Source of the DNA: Candidatus Tayloriibacteriota bacterium
GTDB taxonomy: Bacteria; Patescibacteriota; Minisyncoccia; Phycocordibacterales; PALSA-1337
NCBI GenBank assembly: GCA_031384385.1
Contig: JANNAN010000013.1
Coordinates: 6,015 to 70,014, forward strand
Reading direction: 5' to 3'
Length of the DNA: 64,000 nt
Under the pieces are notes generated by a model. The model searched no databases, was not told the origin of the DNA, and was given only the letters and a program-made list of their open reading frames with translations. Made by a program: the position numbers and the translations under genes. Shown piece by piece: positions 56,363 to 64,000 of this stretch. How positions within the stretch are numbered: the stretch's first letter is position 1; the number at the start of each line of letters is the position of its first letter.

Positions 56363-57073
56363 ATGAAAAAATTAATTTTTACAATTAATTTTGTTCTCGT
56401 ATTAATATTTGTATTTCCTTATATTACTTTTGCCACTGTAAGTGCTCCTGCTGCGGGATATAGTGGCTCGCAAATGTTTACTACATATGGTGCTGTAAAA
56501 GAACCGGGAGAACCAAATTTCTGCGGTAATCCCGGAGGAGCATCATATTGGTATAGTTATCAACCTCCAGTAAATGGATATTTGCAAGCAAGTACTACTG
56601 GTAGTACTTATGACACTATCCTTGCTGCATATTATGATACTGGTAACGGAACAAGTTTTGATACATTAGTTCAAGTAGCGGCAGATAATAATAGTGGACC
56701 ATCAAATACATCAATGATAACTTTTCCTGTAGTTGCAAATCGTATATATTATATTGTTGGGGATGGTATTAATGGTGCAACTGGAAATTTGCGAGTAAGT
56801 TATTTGTTAAAGGGAACTATTGGAGAATTTACTCCACCACTTGGTAATGATTGTGTAGCTTCAAATATTGATTTGGGTCTCCATGTAAAACAAGCAGATG
56901 GCTCTATCGTTTCTATTGCTGGGTCTGAAGATCTAACCGCCTCAAAATTACACATTAAAACAGCAACTGGAATTAAAAGTGTTTTGACTGTACCAATCAC
57001 TGATATTAACGCATCTAAAGCCCACATTAAACTTGCCGATAATACTATCGTTGCTTTGAAAATATTTAGGTAA
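56363..57073 (+). CDS. hypothetical secreted protein
   Basis: Signal peptide, Gly/Thr/Asn-rich beta-type sequence. Confidence 0.4.
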   Translation: MKKLIFTINFVLVLIFVFPYITFATVSAPAAGYSGSQMFTTYGAVKEPGEPNFCGNPGGASYWYSYQPPVNGYLQASTTGSTYDTILAAYYDTGNGTSFDTLVQVAADNNSGPSNTSMITFPVVANRIYYIVGDGINGATGNLRVSYLLKGTIGEFTPPLGNDCVASNIDLGLHVKQADGSIVSIAGSEDLTASKLHIKTATGIKSVLTVPITDINASKAHIKLADNTIVALKIFR

Positions 57074-57126
57074 ATTGTTGCAGTATTACAGAAGGCTATC
57101 TTCAGGAAGATTAAATAAAATATTAA

Positions 57127-58008
57127 TTATTTTCTCTTTAATATCAGTGTCAAAATTATAATAACTAGTACCCCGATAAATATTTGGTAACTTAATGAAG
57201 ATATTGGCTTTTCAGATTTATTTGTAGATTTATCAATTATTTCTGAATTATTGTCATATCTAATGTTATTTTGTGCATTATCTACTACTTCATTATTTTT
57301 ACTATCATTTATTACCTTTTGATTTTGGGCAATAAAAGATAAATTACTTTTATTATTTGTTGGTTCAGCATTTATAGACTCAATTGGAATAGCTGCTTCG
57401 TCGTAGAAATTAATATTAGATAAAGAATATATACTCTGTGATGTATAGCCACCTTCAAAACAATCGCCTATTGTAGATACTTTTAAAATTATGTAGTTGC
57501 TTTCAGGATTCGCATACCCCTCAATTGTATGATTTTGTTCTGGTCTGCATCCTGAATACTCTAATGTTGTTTTCTTCACATTATTTTGGAAAATGTCAAC
57601 GCTAAAATCCGTTTTACCCCAAAGACCTTTTGATTCATCATATTTTTCTTCTCTAATAACTTTTGCAACTGCACTAATTTTATTTTTATTTAAATCAATC
57701 TTATTTAATATAATGGGATACTTTGAAAGTGTAATTTCAAGTTCAGTCATGGCGTCTACACTATTTAATTTTTCTAGATCATTACAAGAGAGTATTAAAT
57801 TACTTTTTCCGTTTATTACATTATAAGAATAAACTTCTGGTGGACATCCTCTACCACCCATATTTGATACTTGATACGCTATATCTTGACCATTATTTGT
57901 TTGAATATTACTTATATAAGTTGGTCCTCCTACTGTGGCATTTGTTATCGAAACATTTATAAAATAAGTCAAAATTAATAATAAACCAAAATAAGTAATT
58001 TTTTTCAT
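57127..58008 (-). CDS. hypothetical surface protein (signal peptide, C-terminal TM anchor)
   Basis: MKKITYFGLLLILTYFINVSITNA and C-terminal IFIGVLVIIILTLILKRK. Confidence 0.4.
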   Translation of the reverse strand: MKKITYFGLLLILTYFINVSITNATVGGPTYISNIQTNNGQDIAYQVSNMGGRGCPPEVYSYNVINGKSNLILSCNDLEKLNSVDAMTELEITLSKYPIILNKIDLNKNKISAVAKVIREEKYDESKGLWGKTDFSVDIFQNNVKKTTLEYSGCRPEQNHTIEGYANPESNYIILKVSTIGDCFEGGYTSQSIYSLSNINFYDEAAIPIESINAEPTNNKSNLSFIAQNQKVINDSKNNEVVDNAQNNIRYDNNSEIIDKSTNKSEKPISSLSYQIFIGVLVIIILTLILKRK

Positions 58009-58065
58009 AAATAAATTATATCATATATTTTTCAGGTTTTTATGATATATTAACAAATACTAATT

Positions 58066-60081
58066 ATGTCACTATTTCAGCTTTCACAAACCATGTCACC
58101 AGCAGGTGATCAGCCAAAGGCTATTGAATTACTCAATAAAGGGCTTAAAAAGGGTATGAAAAAACAGACCTTGTTCGGCGTTACTGGTTCCGGAAAGACT
58201 TTTACTATGGCAAATGTCATTGCAAATAATGGAAAACCAACTCTTGTAATAGCACATAATAAAACTCTAGCTGCTCAACTTGCTCAGGAATATCGTGAAT
58301 TTTTTCCAAATAATGCTGTTCATTACTTTGTTTCCTATTACGATTACTATCAGCCAGAAGCATATATGCCCATAACTGATACTTATATTGAAAAAGAAGC
58401 AATGATAAATGAAGAGATTGATAGACTTCGTCATGCATCAACTCAGGCTTTGCTTACCAGAAAAGATGTAATCATTGTTGCATCAGTTTCTTGTATTTAT
58501 GGTCTAGGAAGTCCAGAAGAATATGAAAAAGTAAATTTAAAAATGGCAAAAAGCATGGAACTCTCTCGTGCTGATTTAATTCGTAAGTTAATTGATATTC
58601 ATTTTGAAAGAACAAATGCAGACCTTAACGCTGGACAATTCCGTGCTATTGGAAATATGATTGAAATAATGCCAGTAAGCGATAGAACTATTTATAGAAT
58701 TGAATATGATGGAAGTATTATTTCAAATATTATTGAATTAGATCCAGTAACAATGGTAATTAAAAAAGAACATGATACCACTTTTCTTTTTCCAGCAAAA
58801 CATTTTATAAGTACAGATGAACAATCAAAAAAGGCTTTTGAATCAATCAAAAAAGAATTAGAAATTCGCTTAAAAGAGCTAGAGAAATCTGGAAAAATAC
58901 TTGAAGCAGAAAGATTGAAGCGTCGTGTAAAATATGATTTAGCACTTATTTGTGAGGTCGGATATTGTAATGGAATTGAAAATTACTCTAGACATTTTTC
59001 TGGTAAAAAAGCTGGAGAAGCACCAGATTCACTTCTTGCATATTTTCCTCATAAAGCTAATGGAAGTCCTGATTTTTTAACGGTAATTGATGAAAGTCAT
59101 GTTACAGTGCCTCAGCTCGGTGGAATGTATGCTGGCGATGCTTCGAGAAAAGAAACCCTTGTAGATTTTGGTTTTAGATTGCCATCAGCAAAGGACAATA
59201 GGCCAATGAAATTTGGGGAATTTGAAAAGGCTGTAGGGCAAGTTATTTATACAACTGCAACTCCCGGTAAATTTGAAAAAGAACATAGTGAACAGATAGT
59301 TGAGCAAATTATTCGTCCAACAGGATTGATTGATCCAGTGATTGAAGTAAAACCAGTAGCTCAAAAAGGTAAATATGTCGGTCAAATCTTCGATTTTATT
59401 TCAGAAGCAGAAAAAGTAATTAAAAAAGGAGATCGTGTGATTGCTACAACCCTTACAAAAAAGATGGCAGAGGATCTTAGCGAATTTTTAAAAGAAAAGG
59501 GAATTAAAGCTGAATATTTGCATAGTGATATAAAAACCATTGATCGTATTACAATTCTAACTGAGTTCAGAAGAGGTAAATTTGATGTGCTTGTTGGAGT
59601 TAATCTTCTTCGAGAGGGTCTAGATCTTCCAGAAGTATCATTGATCGGAATTTTAGATGCAGATAAGGCTGGTTTTCTTAGATCAGAAACTTCCTTAATT
59701 CAAATAATTGGTCGTGCAGCTAGAAATGTTAATGGACGAGTAATTCTTTATGCTGATGTAATGAATAATGCTTTGAATTATGCAATAAATGAAACAAATC
59801 GTCGTAGAAAAATTCAAACAGATTACAATATAAAAAATGGAATTACCCCAAAAACTATTATCAAAAAAATTCAAGATATTACAGATCAATTAAAAACTGA
59901 ACATGATAAAGCTGTTGGTGAATTGATGCGTCTTGATGAAGAAATATTTTTAAAAGATCCTAAAAAATTAATGAAAATGAAGGAGCAAGAAATGAATGAA
60001 GCGGTAAAGAAACTAGATTTTGAAACTGCAGCATTAATAAGAGATGAAATTGCCAAACTCAAAGAAAAGATGGTAAAATAA
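58066..60081 (+). CDS. uvrB: excinuclease ABC subunit B
   Basis: GVTGSGKT, helicase motifs, C-terminal UVR domain. Confidence 0.9.
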   Translation: MSLFQLSQTMSPAGDQPKAIELLNKGLKKGMKKQTLFGVTGSGKTFTMANVIANNGKPTLVIAHNKTLAAQLAQEYREFFPNNAVHYFVSYYDYYQPEAYMPITDTYIEKEAMINEEIDRLRHASTQALLTRKDVIIVASVSCIYGLGSPEEYEKVNLKMAKSMELSRADLIRKLIDIHFERTNADLNAGQFRAIGNMIEIMPVSDRTIYRIEYDGSIISNIIELDPVTMVIKKEHDTTFLFPAKHFISTDEQSKKAFESIKKELEIRLKELEKSGKILEAERLKRRVKYDLALICEVGYCNGIENYSRHFSGKKAGEAPDSLLAYFPHKANGSPDFLTVIDESHVTVPQLGGMYAGDASRKETLVDFGFRLPSAKDNRPMKFGEFEKAVGQVIYTTATPGKFEKEHSEQIVEQIIRPTGLIDPVIEVKPVAQKGKYVGQIFDFISEAEKVIKKGDRVIATTLTKKMAEDLSEFLKEKGIKAEYLHSDIKTIDRITILTEFRRGKFDVLVGVNLLREGLDLPEVSLIGILDADKAGFLRSETSLIQIIGRAARNVNGRVILYADVMNNALNYAINETNRRRKIQTDYNIKNGITPKTIIKKIQDITDQLKTEHDKAVGELMRLDEEIFLKDPKKLMKMKEQEMNEAVKKLDFETAALIRDEIAKLKEKMVK

Positions 60082-60088
60082 GTCTAAT

Positions 60089-60874
60089 ATGAAAGAAAAA
60101 ATTCTCATTGCTCTTAATGATCAAATATTAGTTAATTTATTAATTCAAACACTTAAAAAATTTGGATATGAAATTGAAATAGTAAAAAACGGTGGTGATG
60201 TAATTGAAAGTCTAAAAACAAATAAACCAGATTTAATTTTATTAGATACAATTCTTCCCGGTAGAGATGGCTATGATATTTTAAAAGAAAAAAATTCAGA
60301 TAATAATATATCAAAAATTCCCATTATCATAATCTCAAATTCTGGAGTACCAATAAGAATGTCACAAATTCCATCTACTCCATCAATTAAAGATTATATT
60401 ATTAGATTTCATATAGAGCCTTCAGAGATAATTGAAAAAATTGAAAAAGCTTTTGGAAGAGGTTTTATTTCTGATTCACCAGTATCGAGATTTACCGGTA
60501 ATGGTAAAAAGATATTATGGGTTGAAGATGATAAATTACTAAGTACCATTCTTTCAAAAAAAATACAGCAGTCAAATTTTATTTTACTGAAAGCTATTAG
60601 TGGTGAGGAAGTATTCAAATTTTTAGAAACAGAGATTCCGGATGTTATTATTCTAGATATTCTTTTACCAGAAATGAATGGTTTTGATATTTTGCAAAAA
60701 ATAAAAATGATTGGAAAATTTAAAAATATTCCAGTTATTATGCTTTCAAATTTGAGTAAACAAAGTGATATTGATAAAGCGAAACTACTTGGTGCGAACA
60801 AGTTCATTGTAAAAGCTGCGGTTTCATTAGATGAAATAATGAAAGAAATTGACATTTTGATTAATGCTAAATAA
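60089..60874 (+). CDS. response-regulator-like protein with two tandem receiver (REC) domains and no output domain
   Basis: DLILLDTILPGRDGYDIL and DVIILDILLPEMNGFDIL REC signatures. Confidence 0.55.
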   Translation: MKEKILIALNDQILVNLLIQTLKKFGYEIEIVKNGGDVIESLKTNKPDLILLDTILPGRDGYDILKEKNSDNNISKIPIIIISNSGVPIRMSQIPSTPSIKDYIIRFHIEPSEIIEKIEKAFGRGFISDSPVSRFTGNGKKILWVEDDKLLSTILSKKIQQSNFILLKAISGEEVFKFLETEIPDVIILDILLPEMNGFDILQKIKMIGKFKNIPVIMLSNLSKQSDIDKAKLLGANKFIVKAAVSLDEIMKEIDILINAK

Positions 60875-60929
60875 CTAAATAAGCCGTATCTATTTACCAA
60901 ATGTGTATATACTGATATAGTTATTTGTC

Positions 60930-63545
60930 ATGATAAAGAAGAAGCAAATAACAGAATACGAAGATGAAAAAATCATTGTAAAGGGGGCTAGGACTCACAA
61001 TTTAAAGAATATTACTGTTGAAATGCCTCGTAATAAGATGATAGCAATAACAGGACTTTCTGGTTCTGGTAAGTCTTCACTTGCTTTTGATACTATTTTT
61101 GCTGAAGGGCAAAGACGCTATGTTGAATCACTTTCTTCATATGCGCGTCAATTTTTAAAACAAATGCAAAAACCAGATGTTGATGAAATTATCGGACTTT
61201 CACCAGCTATTTCTATTGATCAAAAATCTCGATCAAATAATCCAAGATCTACTGTTGCAACAATTACAGAAATTTATGATTATCTCCGCATTTTATATGC
61301 TCGTGTGGGAAAGCCACATTGTTTGATTTGTAATAGAGAAATTCATAGAATTACAAAAGAAGAAATTCTAGAAACAATAATTAAACAAGTTACGAATCAC
61401 AATAAACAGATTGGATATAAAAATAAAAAAATAATGGGCGTTGAAATTGGTGAGGGTAAGGTAAAAATCTTCGCCCCCATTGTTGTTGGTAGAAAAGGTG
61501 AATATTATCAATTGCTGTATGATCTATTGGGTAAGGGATATGATAAGGTAAAAGTTGATGGGAAATTGATGCGACTCCGTGAACAGATTATTCTTGATAA
61601 AAATAAGAAACACAATATAGATGTACTTGTTGATGAAATTTTCTTAAGTGAATTTAAAAAATCGCCTACGGGTGATAATGCTCGGGAACGTCTTTCTGAG
61701 GCTTTAGAAAAAGCAATTGAAGAAGCTCAAGGATTAATTAAAATAGAATTTATAAATGGCGATATCACTGAAGAAAAATTGATGTCAGTAAAATTTATGT
61801 GTCCATATGATGGATTTTCATATCCAGAGATTGAACCTCGTCTTTTTTCATTTAATTCACCTTATGGAGCTTGTGCTTTATGTAATGGTCTTGGTACAAA
61901 AGAATTTTTTAGTAATGAAAATTGTCCAGATTGTAATGGTGCTAGATTAAGAAAAGAGGCCCTATTCGTTAAAATAAACAATAAAAATATAGTTGAAACA
62001 ACATCTATGTCGATAGAGCAAGTTAAAGCTTTTTTTGAAAAAATAGAATTAACAGAAACGGAAAAAGAAATTGCAAAAATAATTTTGAAAGAAATTGAAT
62101 CACGCCTTCAGTTTATGGTGAATGTTGGTATTGAATATCTTACATTAGATCGTAGAGCTCATACACTTTCTGGTGGAGAAGCACAGCGTATTCGACTAGC
62201 CTCTCAGCTTGGTTCTGGGCTTGTGGGAGCACTTTATGTTCTTGATGAACCTACAATTGGTCTTCATCAGCGTGATAATGATCGTTTGATAAAAACACTT
62301 ACAAGTCTTAGAGATTTGGGTAATACAATTATTGTTGTTGAACATGATGAAGATACAATGTTTTCATCTGATTATATTATTGATATTGGTCCAGGAGCTG
62401 GGGTTCATGGTGGAAATGTTGTAGTATCTGGTTATCTCGACGAACTTCTTACTGCAAAGAAAAATGATTCAAATTCTCTAACCCTTGCATATCTTCGTGG
62501 TGAAAAAAGAATAGAGATTCCAGAAAAAAGGCGTGAGCCAAAAGGTAAGATCTCTGTTAAAGGAGGAAATATTTTTAATATTAAAGATATGAATGCCGAT
62601 ATTTCTTTAGGATGTTTGAATGCCATTACTGGAGTTTCTGGTTCAGGAAAATCATCTTTCATGTATGAAATTTTGCATAAAAATTTACAAGCAAGATTGG
62701 AATTTAGACACAGAACTGCAAATATCTATAATTGTACTAGTTTCACCGGAAGTGAATATCTTGGAAGAACTATTCTGATCGATCAATCAGCTATTGGACG
62801 TACACCAAGATCAAATCCTGTAACATATACTGGATCATGGACTCATATTCGTGATTTATTCGCAGCTTCTTCTGAAGCTCGCGCTCATGGTTGGGGAGCT
62901 GGAAGATTCTCATTTAATGTAAAAGGTGGACGCTGTGAAGCTTGTCAAGGAAATGGTGAAATTGCTGTTGAAATGCATTTTCTTCCAACTGTTTATGTTC
63001 CTTGTGAAGTATGCAATGGAAAAAGATTTATGAAAGAAACTCTAGATATAAAATATAGAGGTAAAAATGTTTATGATATTTTACAAATGACAGTTGAAGA
63101 GGGATTAAAATTTTTTGAAGATATACCAGCTGTTTGTGATAGATTGTCTACTTTACAAGAGGTTGGACTTGGATATTTACAATTAGGTCAATCAGCCACA
63201 ACACTTTCTGGTGGAGAAGCACAGCGTGTAAAAATTTCGTCTGAACTTTATAGAGCTCATTTACAAAAGACTATTTATTTACTTGATGAACCAACTGTGG
63301 GACTTCACTACGAAGATGTTAAAAAACTTATTGAAATTTTACAAAGATTAGTTGATAAGGGAAATACTGTAGTTGTGATTGAACATAATTTAGATCTAAT
63401 TAAATCTGCTGATTATATTATTGATATTGGTCCAGATGGAGGAAGTCGTGGTGGGAAAATAATTGCAAGGGGAACTCCAGAAGATATTGCAAGAAATGAA
63501 AAATCATACACAGGGCAGTATTTAAAGAAAGTCTTAAAAAGATAG
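60930..63545 (+). CDS. uvrA: excinuclease ABC subunit A
   Basis: Two ABC ATPase modules ([21 protein letters not shown]), zinc fingers ([19 protein letters not shown]). Confidence 0.9.
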   Translation: MIKKKQITEYEDEKIIVKGARTHNLKNITVEMPRNKMIAITGLSGSGKSSLAFDTIFAEGQRRYVESLSSYARQFLKQMQKPDVDEIIGLSPAISIDQKSRSNNPRSTVATITEIYDYLRILYARVGKPHCLICNREIHRITKEEILETIIKQVTNHNKQIGYKNKKIMGVEIGEGKVKIFAPIVVGRKGEYYQLLYDLLGKGYDKVKVDGKLMRLREQIILDKNKKHNIDVLVDEIFLSEFKKSPTGDNARERLSEALEKAIEEAQGLIKIEFINGDITEEKLMSVKFMCPYDGFSYPEIEPRLFSFNSPYGACALCNGLGTKEFFSNENCPDCNGARLRKEALFVKINNKNIVETTSMSIEQVKAFFEKIELTETEKEIAKIILKEIESRLQFMVNVGIEYLTLDRRAHTLSGGEAQRIRLASQLGSGLVGALYVLDEPTIGLHQRDNDRLIKTLTSLRDLGNTIIVVEHDEDTMFSSDYIIDIGPGAGVHGGNVVVSGYLDELLTAKKNDSNSLTLAYLRGEKRIEIPEKRREPKGKISVKGGNIFNIKDMNADISLGCLNAITGVSGSGKSSFMYEILHKNLQARLEFRHRTANIYNCTSFTGSEYLGRTILIDQSAIGRTPRSNPVTYTGSWTHIRDLFAASSEARAHGWGAGRFSFNVKGGRCEACQGNGEIAVEMHFLPTVYVPCEVCNGKRFMKETLDIKYRGKNVYDILQMTVEEGLKFFEDIPAVCDRLSTLQEVGLGYLQLGQSATTLSGGEAQRVKISSELYRAHLQKTIYLLDEPTVGLHYEDVKKLIEILQRLVDKGNTVVVIEHNLDLIKSADYIIDIGPDGGSRGGKIIARGTPEDIARNEKSYTGQYLKKVLKR

Positions 63546-63584
63546 AAATAATTAAATTTAATTAAATGGTATAATATTCTTATT

Positions 63585-63923
63585 ATGATTATAGAAATGC
63601 CTCAAGAAAATTTTTCTCCAGAATATAAATCTGAGAGAGAAAAATTAGAAGAATTAAAAGATATTTTATATAAAAAAGCTGAAAATATTGGCTTCATTAT
63701 TGCTCATGAAAAGATTGTTCAATTTATTAAAAAAATAGAAAATGAATATAAAGAAAATGAAAATGTTGAAGAAAAAAATATAAAACACGAGCTAGGTCGT
63801 CCAAAGTTGAATCATATGAAGTTATATCATTTGATTATTGGCTCAACTATTAATGATAAAATAGAAAGGGAATTTGATACTCCAACTGGTGAAATAGAGA
63901 AATTTATTAGAGAAGAATTATAA
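63585..63923 (+). CDS. hypothetical protein
   Basis: 112 aa, Glu/Lys-rich. Confidence 0.4.
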   Translation: MIIEMPQENFSPEYKSEREKLEELKDILYKKAENIGFIIAHEKIVQFIKKIENEYKENENVEEKNIKHELGRPKLNHMKLYHLIIGSTINDKIEREFDTPTGEIEKFIREEL

Positions 63924-63934
63924 TAAAAAAATCA

Positions 63935-63958
63935 CCCGCGCTCTGCAAGAAGCGCGGG
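63935..63958. terminator. GC hairpin terminator (U-tract on minus strand, A-tract upstream on plus)
   Basis: CCCGCGC-TCTGCAAGAA-GCGCGGG preceded by AAAAAAA. Confidence 0.45.
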
Positions 63959-64000
63959 GATGTAATTGGAGAGATTATCTATCCTCTCTTATAAACTTAA

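Noticed and set aside
1-64000. rRNA genes
   Set aside because: No 16S/23S/5S-like conserved segments seen anywhere in the window.

Overview
Low-GC (~30%) bacterial chromosome segment with compact, tightly packed housekeeping genes. Genome-reduced Patescibacteria/CPR-like is an inference from gene content and composition. Backbone genes: infB (runs off the left edge), a cysteine desulfurase, clpB, alr, miaA, a ParB-like gene, topA, dprA, serS, a DD-carboxypeptidase, a Dus-family gene, dnaX, NDH-2, gap, rpiB, rpe, a split transketolase, uvrB, a tandem-REC protein and uvrA, plus tRNA-Tyr, tRNA-Trp, tRNA-Leu and tRNA-Gln. The main accessory feature is a ~23 kb GC-richer, mosaic element (27165-50608) inserted in the 3' terminus of gap. 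Its right end carries a tyrosine integrase followed by two diverged extra copies of the last ~25 gap codons, consistent with tandem accretion at the gene end. The element carries a phage-like replication/recombination module: a SymE-like gene, an AAA_24/Sak4-like ATPase, a replisome-organizer-like gene with internal iterons, rusA, and a ParB-nuclease/DNA-methyltransferase fusion truncated by an IS3-family insertion. It also carries a tight three-gene module: histidine phosphatase, small 3-TM protein, and a ThsB-like TIR (DUF1863-like) protein. Most striking is an ~9 kb array of small minus-strand ORFs separated by conserved structured RNA elements. Six are complete hammerhead ribozymes (CUGAUGA/GAAA cores, cleavage triplet, covarying stems). 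Seven copies of a second two-hairpin motif of unknown class show compensatory changes, and two copies of a third motif are present. I consider the ribozyme-punctuated small-gene array and the TIR/3-TM module the most likely undescribed biology here.
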